Shown: piece by piece, positions 56,067-63,990 of the stretch | How positions within the stretch are numbered: the first letter of the stretch is position 1 | Layout: each line of letters starts with the position of its first letter | Source of the DNA: a virus | Length of the DNA: 64,000 bases | Reading direction: 5' to 3' (one strand) | IMG/VR virus record: IMGVR_UViG_3300005805_000056 | Location: 1 to 64,000 of that record | Notes under the pieces: generated by a model | Told to the model about the DNA's origin: nothing | Databases searched by the model: none | What the model saw: the letters and a program-made list of their open reading frames with translations, nothing else | Translations under genes and position numbers: made by a program

Positions 56067-56887
56067 GACTTAAAGAATTTCAAATCGTGGTACAGGTGGG
56101 TGCTTAGTGCAAAGGGACTTTCAAATGTGAATTCATCGTCAAAGAAGTGTCTTAGTTGTAGCATGTCGCCTAACTCATTTGGGTGGAATGTGGGCCACTC
56201 AATGAGCGTGGCATGCTCATAGGTAAGATTCTTGTATTCAATGTGGAGTGAACCCACATTGTGGAAATAAGTACCCACATCCAATCCTAAAAATGTGGCC
56301 ATCATCTCCTGCAGCATTGTGAAAAATACCACATCTGTTCTAAACCCAAAATGAAGTTCATTTGACCTCATTGTAGTGATTAGATTCAATCGGTTATTAC
56401 GAATCAGAAACTGCAATGAGGTTGTACAGATGTGGTCACTTGTTCCAGACATGGCAACCTCACGTCTGTTGAACATGATGATGGCTCTTCGTGAGCTTGG
56501 GTCTTTTCTAAGAAGATTCAGACAGTGTTGAAACTGTCTCTCCACCCAAACGTATTGACCATAGTTTGAGTTGACATCACCCTCCTGTGCTCTCTCCCAC
56601 ATCTGTGGGAAATACTGCTTCAACTCAGTGTTTTGCTTGCCCCAAGCGTACCACGCCCATTGAAGGGCCATATATGGCACAAAAGTAATTGGATCACTTC
56701 TAAGGGCTACAACCCTCTCTAGAGGATTATCGATCTCAATGCAGACATTGATGAACTCATGCCAATCTCCACTAATGGCATGGTGGGATGGGTTATAGTT
56801 GTCGCTTATTGGAGATACGTTGGCCTGATCAATCTTCCTGACTAATGTTGAGTAGGCTTCAGGTACATTCGTGGCGTGGATAATCAT
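56063..56887 (-). CDS. Thymidylate synthase-fold dCMP hydroxymethylase-like enzyme (T4 gp42-like, divergent)
   Basis: NSNYG, SRRAII, DHICTTSLQFLIR, MRSNE, FGFRTD (Asp = cytosine specificity position), NVGSLH. Confidence 0.85.
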   Translation of the reverse strand: MIIHATNVPEAYSTLVRKIDQANVSPISDNYNPSHHAISGDWHEFINVCIEIDNPLERVVALRSDPITFVPYMALQWAWYAWGKQNTELKQYFPQMWERAQEGDVNSNYGQYVWVERQFQHCLNLLRKDPSSRRAIIMFNRREVAMSGTSDHICTTSLQFLIRNNRLNLITTMRSNELHFGFRTDVVFFTMLQEMMATFLGLDVGTYFHNVGSLHIEYKNLTYEHATLIEWPTFHPNELGDMLQLRHFFDDEFTFESPFALSTHLYHDLKFFKS

Positions 56888-57480
56888 GCGATTTCTGACA
56901 GTGCTTCTTCACAGGCACTGAGTATCTGGTCTTCTTCCTTGCGCACGTCTACCTTAGTCAACTTGGACAAACCTGTAAACAACCCAATGTTCAAAGTTTC
57001 AATGAGCTGGTGCTCAATGGTCTGGGTCACCATCAAGTCGTTGGGTCTCATTGGGTCTTTGACTGTGATGGGCAAAGGCTGCATCATGAAGACAATGTCA
57101 TAACGCTTCTTTGCTTTGGCCGTCTCTGTAATGGTCTTGACAAAGTTGACGTAGTCAATCTTCTGGGCATCTGTTAGAGCCTTGATGTCAATGTAGAACG
57201 TCGTGTAAAACAAAGAGTCTGCCAGACTTCTGTCTACAAGGATCAGCTTGCCACTACCAGAGTTTGCTTCATCCTCCATCTTGATCTTCTCCATGACCAC
57301 CTTCTGCTGAAGCTTAAAGTAGTTCTGGGCTGAGTTTCTAACAACGTCAATGGAGGTGATCTTGTCTCTGATGCACTCACCCACGATGTGGACCTTTGAG
57401 CCAAAGCGGTCCTTGATCTTGTGCATGAGTGTTGTCTTTCCAGCATTACAAGGACCTGAAAAGGCGAAAGTGACGTTCAT
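56884..57480 (-). CDS. P-loop nucleotide kinase (NadR/AAA_28-like; candidate modified-dCMP kinase)
   Basis: SGPCNAGKTTL, ILVDRSLAD, YDIVF, DPMR. Confidence 0.75.
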   Translation of the reverse strand: MNVTFAFSGPCNAGKTTLMHKIKDRFGSKVHIVGECIRDKITSIDVVRNSAQNYFKLQQKVVMEKIKMEDEANSGSGKLILVDRSLADSLFYTTFYIDIKALTDAQKIDYVNFVKTITETAKAKKRYDIVFMMQPLPITVKDPMRPNDLMVTQTIEHQLIETLNIGLFTGLSKLTKVDVRKEEDQILSACEEALSEIA

Positions 57481-57488
57481 ACTTCTCA

Positions 57489-57512
57489 AGAACATGAACC
57501 GATGCGTGTTCT
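57489..57512. promoter_or_regulatory. Divergent pair of GTTCT motifs
   Basis: AGAAC 57489-57493 is 13 nt from ATG 57480 (-); GTTCT 57508-57512 is 12 nt from ATG 57520 (+). Confidence 0.6.
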
Positions 57513-57519
57513 TAGTGTC

Positions 57520-58341
57520 ATGGCAATTAAGAGTAACATCCAGGATTTCAGACCAACACGGGAAAAGTTCTCAAAGAAAATCAGACTTCTCTCTGGTGGG
57601 TTCACCACCTTGGACTACTTTCCCAAGGGAGAAATAACCATCTACCCATGGGACTCCAAGATGGACGATTGGGTTGTAAAGAACCAGGGTCTGGCACCCA
57701 ATGATTTCTTGGTTCAGGCTGTCCAACGCATCGTTCCTCTTGGTCAGTGCCCTGTTCAAAAGCTGGTGTTCAGTGATGTTCAGACCATCTTGTTGGTTTC
57801 TCGTGCCATGAGAAACAACTCAGTCTATGCTCACCAGGCCAAGTGCACAGCTTGTGGTTTCCTCCATCCAGAGGACCATATCCGTATCCCTGATGACATG
57901 GAGATGGTGGGTGTTAAGAACGATGGCTACATTGGCCATGATACTTTTACACTTCCTGATTGTAAGGACGAGGTTTCAATCCGCCCACTAACTGTGGGTG
58001 ACATTCAACGTTTGGACCAACGTACTGAGATTGAAAACTCAACAGTAAGACGAGAGTCAGCCGAACTACTCTGGGGCATTGTTGCCGTGGGTGGTGGCAA
58101 GCCTGATTCATTGGAGGAAGTTGATCGTTGGTACGGTGCTTTGTCACCGGCTGATCAGCTCTATTTTAATCTCATGCGTCGTGAGTTGGACCCTCACCTC
58201 AGCCCTGAGATCAAATACTCATGCAATAAGTGTAAGGCGGAGTTCAGCGTGCCGGTCCAGCTGGACTCCGAGTTTTTTCGTCAGAGAGTCCGAAAGGGCC
58301 CTATACGACAGGTGGCACAGAGTGTGGATGGTAGCGACTAA
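57520..58341 (+). CDS. Baseplate hub/tail assembly chaperone (T4 gp26-like)
   Basis: LLSGG, DVQTILLVSR, CTAC, LPDCKDEVSIRPLTVGD, CNKC...QLDSEFFR. Confidence 0.75.
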   Translation: MAIKSNIQDFRPTREKFSKKIRLLSGGFTTLDYFPKGEITIYPWDSKMDDWVVKNQGLAPNDFLVQAVQRIVPLGQCPVQKLVFSDVQTILLVSRAMRNNSVYAHQAKCTACGFLHPEDHIRIPDDMEMVGVKNDGYIGHDTFTLPDCKDEVSIRPLTVGDIQRLDQRTEIENSTVRRESAELLWGIVAVGGGKPDSLEEVDRWYGALSPADQLYFNLMRRELDPHLSPEIKYSCNKCKAEFSVPVQLDSEFFRQRVRKGPIRQVAQSVDGSD

Positions 58342-58471
58342 CTGTCGTAACATGAACGTGGATCTTCTCCAGGTCCCGGATTATGCACTTGACTGGTTCA
58401 TAGAATGGCATAATGAGGCCAGCAAAGAATTACCACCTTTTGACCCAACAATGCTAGGCAATGAATTGTAG
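58274..58471 (+). CDS. gp51/gpT-like chaperone extension, +1 frame relative to 57520..58341
   Basis: FFVRESERALYDRWHRVWMVAT...LLQVPDYALDWFIEWHNEASKE; begins at a TTTTTTC run. Confidence 0.5.
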   Translation, partial: FFVRESERALYDRWHRVWMVATNCRNMNVDLLQVPDYALDWFIEWHNEASKELPPFDPTMLGNEL

Positions 58472-59303
58472 TCCCACTGACATAGACATCGTCATAGATG
58501 CCAGCAGCCTGTATGCTCGTGCATTTTTTGCTGCTCAACGCTCTGGAACTGACCCGGTGATTGCTGGGTTACGTTCATTCTTAGGTGTTATCAATCACAC
58601 CAAAGCTACCAGAGCCATACTTTGCTGGGATGGAAAATCCAAGTCAGAAAAGGTCCGCGAGGAAAAGCCTGAAGGCTATGATGACCACAGAGCCAGTTTC
58701 AAGGAGCATATCGATTGGCTTTGGGCTTGTCCTCAAATTAGGTCCATGGATCATGAGGCTGATGACCTAGTCGCCTCAGTTGTCTACAGTGACTTAGTAT
58801 CACAGGAGATCTATGTGGTCTCTGGTGATAAAGATCTTCAACAGCTGATGGACTGTCGCAAAGACAGAACAGTGGGTTACTATTGCCTGAACAAGAAGAA
58901 GATCCTTGACACAGATGAGGTAATTCAAAAGTGGTCAATCAAGAGGCCATCCCATATATCCATTGCTTTGGCCATTCTTGGAGATCCAGGTGATGGCATA
59001 TCAGGCATCAAGGGTTGGGGTCCAGCCAAAGTGGCCAAGCTGTTTGAGTCTGTCTCAGAAAATGCCAGCTTTGAGGAAGCTGTGCTTACTATTGATGACC
59101 AGATTCCCGAGGCCCTGAAGCAAGTCTTCTATGACTGTTTAGAGGCAACCATTCTACACCAGGATGCAGTGCTGGAATCAGGCCCACAAAAACTAAATTG
59201 GCGTCATCCAAGCGAGTTAGACGACGCCAATCTGAATGAGATACGGGAGCAGTATTCTACTGGATACTACAATGCTGCACCTGTCTCAATTGATGATATT
59301 TAG
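58461..59303 (+). CDS. 5'-3' exonuclease / flap endonuclease (T4 RNase H-like)
   Basis: VIDASSL, CWDG, EADDLVAS, SGDKDLQQL, LGDPGDGISGIKGWGPAK. Confidence 0.92.
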   Translation: MNCSPTDIDIVIDASSLYARAFFAAQRSGTDPVIAGLRSFLGVINHTKATRAILCWDGKSKSEKVREEKPEGYDDHRASFKEHIDWLWACPQIRSMDHEADDLVASVVYSDLVSQEIYVVSGDKDLQQLMDCRKDRTVGYYCLNKKKILDTDEVIQKWSIKRPSHISIALAILGDPGDGISGIKGWGPAKVAKLFESVSENASFEEAVLTIDDQIPEALKQVFYDCLEATILHQDAVLESGPQKLNWRHPSELDDANLNEIREQYSTGYYNAAPVSIDDI

Positions 59304-59737
59304 TCCTCATCCTCATTGGCCAAGACGGACTTGAGCATCTGAAACCAACCGTTTGGATCACGCTTGCTGCTCTCAAGCTCTTCAGAAATCTGCTCCAGAA
59401 TTCTGTTGTAGACGTCTTCGTTGTATTCCAGGTACTCGTCTAAGTCACTGCCCAAGTCATTAAGCAGTGCTTCAACCGTGTTACGGTCGGGCCGAAGGTG
59501 GTGATGACGCAGTCTCTTATTGGCCCACCTATCCATCAGTTCATCAACATCCAGGTCCTCGCCAAGAGCATTTCCTGACAGGATTTTTCCTGCAAGGCTG
59601 TCTGGACCAACTTTGACTGGAGGTGGTGGCGTGCTCTTCGAGTGGCGCACGATGCCAAGCTTGTTGAGGTAGTCATCGGCACCGGCCTCACCCAGGAGGA
59701 TGCTGACCAGCTTGTTGGCTCTATCTTGAGTCTTCAT
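59300..59737 (-). CDS. Acidic hypothetical protein, candidate internal head protein
   Basis: MKTQDRANKLVSILLGE-A leader. Confidence 0.6.
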   Translation of the reverse strand: MKTQDRANKLVSILLGEAGADDYLNKLGIVRHSKSTPPPPVKVGPDSLAGKILSGNALGEDLDVDELMDRWANKRLRHHHLRPDRNTVEALLNDLGSDLDEYLEYNEDVYNRILEQISEELESSKRDPNGWFQMLKSVLANEDED

Positions 59738-60087
59738 AGTGACAGTAGTGGCAGAGGACCATACTGAGCACGGTTGAAGTAGCGTGACACAGCAAAGTCA
59801 ATTGTTGAACCACTGCTCGCTGAAGCTGTCAGACGCACCATAGCCAAGCTGGAGTTGATCTTGTAGGAGATGATCTGACTGCCACCAGCTGGGGTCAATG
59901 TGCCACTGGTATTGGCAATGTTAGCCCAGGTTACACCATCAGAGGACTCCTGGAACTGGTAGTCGATGTTGTTGTCACCCGCATTCTTCAACGTAACGAA
60001 GAAGTTGATGGGGCTGGACTGGAGCACTCTCCACATTTCAAGTGTGGATGACGTGACCTCGTTGGTGTCTTGGATGAAAGTATGCAT
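59734..60087 (-). CDS. Small beta-sandwich virion protein (paralog of 44073..44537)
   Basis: LKNAGDNNIDYQFQESSDGVTW...TLTP; C-terminal LPLLSL. Confidence 0.5.
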   Translation of the reverse strand: MHTFIQDTNEVTSSTLEMWRVLQSSPINFFVTLKNAGDNNIDYQFQESSDGVTWANIANTSGTLTPAGGSQIISYKINSSLAMVRLTASASSGSTIDFAVSRYFNRAQYGPLPLLSL

Positions 60088-60088
60088 G

Positions 60089-60514
60089 TTAATCTTCCTG
60101 TAGTTTTTTCAAAAGTGACTTTATCTTTGTTTCAGGGCACTCTGAAATGAGTTCATCGATCAGTTCTTGTCCACTCCGTGCACTCTCCCAGTCCTCCTCT
60201 GATCTAAGCACACGGCCACGAAGATACTTACTAACTCTGGAGTAAAATCCATAGTCACTGTCAATGTCATCTAAAAGAAATCGTTTAATTTCTTCCCTCA
60301 CGTTCTCCAAAAGATTTTCAACCACCTGTATGGCTAAGCTCTCAGTTCTTGACTTTTTAGGTGGCTTGCCAGTGGGTTTCCATCCATGGTCAATGGCGTT
60401 AAGCAAACGCTTCTGACGCTCAGCTTTTGCTTTGGTAGTACTCTTGGCTTTAGTACCGCTTGGTGTTGACACACGGTACTTTCCTTTACCCACAGATTTA
60501 ATTTTTACTGGCAT
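60089..60514 (-). CDS. Hypothetical protein with basic N-terminus
   Basis: K/R-rich first 55 aa, then ESLAIQVVENLLE motif; GTAGTTA (60537-60531) upstream. Confidence 0.6.
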   Translation of the reverse strand: MPVKIKSVGKGKYRVSTPSGTKAKSTTKAKAERQKRLLNAIDHGWKPTGKPPKKSRTESLAIQVVENLLENVREEIKRFLLDDIDSDYGFYSRVSKYLRGRVLRSEEDWESARSGQELIDELISECPETKIKSLLKKLQED

Positions 60515-60541
60515 AAGATCTCGTTCGGTTTAACTACAGAG

Positions 60542-61108
60542 TTAGAAGCGAAGACGCCAGACAAAAGTGGGAGCCAAGCTGGAATCCTTATTATAGCCCA
60601 GAATAACCTTTCTGGCCAAAAGAGTATTTCCACCACCGCCACTAGACCCTGTGAATAGGCCTAATTCAGTGATAAGGTACGTGTTTGCTTCACTATAGGC
60701 TAGAGCCAGCTCTATGTCGACAATGAAAGGATACGGAAATGACGCCTTGGATATAGGCTTGTACTGGCTGTCAGGCGTACCGCTGGAATCTGAATCGTAG
60801 AAGGTCAGAGGAGATTCCAAAGCTACGTCTGTGACCTTGGGTGGGGTTGTGCCAGTTCCAATGCCAAACTGTGTGCACACATAGTTGACAATAGGACTAC
60901 GAAAGCCAAAGGCGTAGGCCATCGTCTGGCGGCCCTCATCAGTGAACAGGTTGTGACCCAGAGGTATCTCGTGTTTCTGAATACCCCAACCAGATGGCTT
61001 TTTGGCCAGGGGCTTGATGAGACCCTTGTCAACAGCCTCCTGTGTGGATAATTCCCGTCCGTCTGGACGAGTCAATTTTGAAATGGTTACAAAACCCTGA
61101 GGTCTCAT
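60542..61108 (-). CDS. Tail-collar/fibre attachment protein
   Basis: GIGTGTTPPKVTDVALE, EANTYLITELGLF, LLARKV...KDS...WRLRF; GTATTTA 12 nt upstream. Confidence 0.7.
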   Translation of the reverse strand: MRPQGFVTISKLTRPDGRELSTQEAVDKGLIKPLAKKPSGWGIQKHEIPLGHNLFTDEGRQTMAYAFGFRSPIVNYVCTQFGIGTGTTPPKVTDVALESPLTFYDSDSSGTPDSQYKPISKASFPYPFIVDIELALAYSEANTYLITELGLFTGSSGGGGNTLLARKVILGYNKDSSLAPTFVWRLRF

Positions 61109-61122
61109 GCTCTTAAATACTT

Positions 61123-61719
61123 TTACGGGGTTGACAGATTTTCAACTTGGCTGATGACATTTTTGATCTCTTGAACTTTGGCTTGGCCCCTCTCTGAGAG
61201 GACAGCTGATGTGGTGTTCAAGATGTTCTTGCCATACTCGTCAATAACAGTGGCATTTCTTTCAAGCGTGGCTGATATTTGTCCTGCAGCTTGACATGCC
61301 GCTTGGGCACATTGAAGATACTGGAGAACGCAGGCGTAATCCACGCCAGACTGAGCGATAAGTCTATCCAGTTGGTCAACTAGGCGCTGTAGTTGAAGAA
61401 ATGGGTGCAGTCTTAGTCTAGCAATTAAAGCATTGTAGGCTTGGTTCAGATCTGACCTCAGCCTGTTGAGTCCTTCAGCTGCTGATGGGAGATCTAGAAA
61501 TGGACATGATTGCCTGAGATTTTCGTAACTCTGTACGTCAATTCTATCAATTGGAACAAGTTGATTTATGTCAGGTATCAGAGTGCGTGGATCAGATGCC
61601 TGCTCAATGAGCTGAGCTAACCGTCTAAGGCCATTGACCTTGTTATTGAGAGTGTTCATCTTTGACACCATGCCACTTATGGCCGAGTCAATGATTTCAC
61701 ATCCATTGTAGTTTGCCAT
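61123..61719 (-). CDS. Hypothetical helical protein in spike operon
   Basis: 198 aa; several Cys. Confidence 0.55.
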   Translation of the reverse strand: MANYNGCEIIDSAISGMVSKMNTLNNKVNGLRRLAQLIEQASDPRTLIPDINQLVPIDRIDVQSYENLRQSCPFLDLPSAAEGLNRLRSDLNQAYNALIARLRLHPFLQLQRLVDQLDRLIAQSGVDYACVLQYLQCAQAACQAAGQISATLERNATVIDEYGKNILNTTSAVLSERGQAKVQEIKNVISQVENLSTP

Positions 61720-61720
61720 A

Positions 61721-62089
61721 TTACTTGTTGCTCTTGTTACAGAGTGTCAAAGCTATTGTAGCAGCTAAGGCATCAGCTGTTGTGAATGTCTGGTCAATCA
61801 CCACGATTGGGCCTACTTTAACAATCAATCGTATTGCAGCTCTGGGTATGAGTGACAGTAGTTTCTCTATGATCTTCTGTAGTTGAGCCAGGGTTTTTGC
61901 AATGGCCCTCAGTGCCTCTGGTATGAGTGGAACTTTTAGCAGAGGCAGCTTGGGTGGAAATCCAAAAGAAATAGTGGGCAACGAAACTGTTGGCAATGGT
62001 AACGATATTACGATGGTAATCGTGTTCGATGCCTTGTCAACAGAGACTGATGATCTGGGCCAATTTAGACCGACTGAAGGTGTTGCCAT
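61721..62089 (-). CDS. Hypothetical Pro/Leu-rich protein in spike operon
   Basis: 122 aa; LPLPTVSLPTISFGFPPKLP. Confidence 0.5.
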   Translation of the reverse strand: MATPSVGLNWPRSSVSVDKASNTITIVISLPLPTVSLPTISFGFPPKLPLLKVPLIPEALRAIAKTLAQLQKIIEKLLSLIPRAAIRLIVKVGPIVVIDQTFTTADALAATIALTLCNKSNK

Positions 62090-62090
62090 A

Positions 62091-63128
62091 CTATTGAGCT
62101 ATTGTTGTGGTTGACCCTATCATTTCTGACGTTATTTGCACAATAGGTGGTCCAGTTGGAGATCCATCATTGCCATTTGAATGGGTATGGGAATTGAAAG
62201 CCAAAACGAGTAAATCGCTGAGTGTGACCGTACTTTTTGCGAGTGCGCCTAGTGCAATGTTTCCACCATTGATCAATATGTTTTGGGCTGACACCTGAAC
62301 TCCAAGTTCACCCACAACAACGGATGATTGATCTGGCGTCGATACTGTAACAGTCGTGGGTGATAGACTTACATAGCATCCACTCCCAGTAGAAATCGCA
62401 ATATTACCGTCGCCATCAAAGGCAAGAGTTGATCCAGCGGCATCTGCAAGAGTTACTGTGCCATCAATTATCGTGAACAAAGCTGCGCCGACAAAAAGAG
62501 AGTATCGTCCAACAAACTGAATGAGGTCCTCATCCAAAGAGATAGCCATGTCAGTGGCTTTGATTGAGAATCCTTTGGTTGTTTCAAAAAAGATCTGGTC
62601 CTCCGCACTTACCTGCAATGAGCTGATGATTGCTGTGATGTCCTGAACGCTAATCTGCAAGTCTTGGTTTGCTCTTAGCAGTATTCCATCGACTCCATCA
62701 TCCAATAGTATAACGTTGCCTTTGGCCGTTGCAAGCAGAACAGACGTTTCATTCAACTCAACTGTGTGGCCAAACTTTGTAAGTGCTGCCCTGAATGGCC
62801 GTCCATTCTTGTCATACTGGTGAAGTGGAAACTTTTGGGCCTGTGGTCTACTTTGGGTTGCCCACTCCCACAGGGGCTTCTCTGGCTCCCCATCAAGAAA
62901 GGTCACCCACACCTGGTCACCCACATCTGGAATCCAGTCAATTCCACCAGACTTGGCTGATCCACCAGCTGGAAGTCCTCTTGACAGCGCCCATGGCAGT
63001 TGGCCAGTGGACACTTGGCTTGAGTTTCCATAGGCAATAGGCACCCTTACCTTGAGCCTTCCAAGCTTTTCTGGGTCCCTGTTGTCTTCAACCACTCCGG
63101 TGTAGACTCCTGGATATTGTGCTTCCAT
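62091..63128 (-). CDS. Baseplate central spike (gp5/gpV/VgrG OB-fold, no lysozyme)
   Basis: GVVEDNRDPEKLGRLKVRVP, LPWA, PDVGDQVWVTFLDGEPEKP; beta-helix; C-terminal HTH...TGPP metal apex. Confidence 0.9.
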   Translation of the reverse strand: MEAQYPGVYTGVVEDNRDPEKLGRLKVRVPIAYGNSSQVSTGQLPWALSRGLPAGGSAKSGGIDWIPDVGDQVWVTFLDGEPEKPLWEWATQSRPQAQKFPLHQYDKNGRPFRAALTKFGHTVELNETSVLLATAKGNVILLDDGVDGILLRANQDLQISVQDITAIISSLQVSAEDQIFFETTKGFSIKATDMAISLDEDLIQFVGRYSLFVGAALFTIIDGTVTLADAAGSTLAFDGDGNIAISTGSGCYVSLSPTTVTVSTPDQSSVVVGELGVQVSAQNILINGGNIALGALAKSTVTLSDLLVLAFNSHTHSNGNDGSPTGPPIVQITSEMIGSTTTIAQ

Positions 63129-63142
63129 TTAGTTATAGTAGA

Positions 63143-63805
63143 ATGCGTATAGTTTCCAAGAACATTTGGGGATCAGCTTCCACAGAGGGAATTGACCAAC
63201 AGAGAGATGATCTTTGGTTCGTTGATTTCAAGGTTGTGGCAAATGACCTGAACTTTACACTGGACAACTCTTGGCTGTACGTCAAGTCTGTTAAGTTGCC
63301 CAATTTAGAGACCATAGCTGAAGCCTTTAAGCGTGATTCACGCCCATATTACTTACCAGGCTATGACAAACCCATGGAGACTGTCGACATAACCTTTCTC
63401 TATCCCATACCACAGACAGGCCAAGAATACCCACCAATCTATCACCTGCTCTATAAGTGGAGAGCCAGAGTTAGAGCTGGACGTGGTGCCATGTCTGGTG
63501 AAAGGGCTGAGTACATCTCTGAGGCCAACAACTATGGAGCCGCACTGCCTTTCAGGTGGGATCTTCCTTTGAGATTCTTACGTGGCAACAGACCCCAAGA
63601 AACTCCTACAACCTTTGACGCTTCTTCAACTGTCTCTGCTTTGTCGACATCATCAGCCCACATAATGAAAAATGCCTGGCTATCAAGCCTAGGCATTTCT
63701 GAAGTCGACACTAGTAGCCAAGCAAAAGGCGTCGAGATCAGAACGTCATTCTACTGTGAAGACGTTTTACTCTCTACACCTGATGGCGTAAGGTACGATC
63801 CTTAA
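63143..63805 (+). CDS. Second tail-tube-like protein (gp19/gp54 paralog)
   Basis: KNIWGS..EGIDQQRDDLW matches RNTWGS...GIDQQRADLF of 52161; LLYKWR, MKNAWLSSL. Confidence 0.75.
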   Translation: MRIVSKNIWGSASTEGIDQQRDDLWFVDFKVVANDLNFTLDNSWLYVKSVKLPNLETIAEAFKRDSRPYYLPGYDKPMETVDITFLYPIPQTGQEYPPIYHLLYKWRARVRAGRGAMSGERAEYISEANNYGAALPFRWDLPLRFLRGNRPQETPTTFDASSTVSALSTSSAHIMKNAWLSSLGISEVDTSSQAKGVEIRTSFYCEDVLLSTPDGVRYDP

Positions 63806-63990
63806 CTAGGAATTGGTGTGTGACCCAACTTGTGTGGGGCCTCTTCCTTCTGTTTGGCCTCAGTTGACTTACGAAGTGTCTCTAGCACCCGAAGACTGTC
63901 AGAAAGAGACGGGCCAGAGGTACGAACCTTGGGCTTCTTCAATCCGCCAAGGCTTTCGGCAATTTGGATATGATCGTTGACGTTCTTCAC
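63802..63990 (-). CDS. Small hypothetical protein
   Basis: 62 aa; IAE-S motif near N-terminus. Confidence 0.45.
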   Translation of the reverse strand: MKNVNDHIQIAESLGGLKKPKVRTSGPSLSDSLRVLETLRKSTEAKQKEEAPHKLGHTPIPS

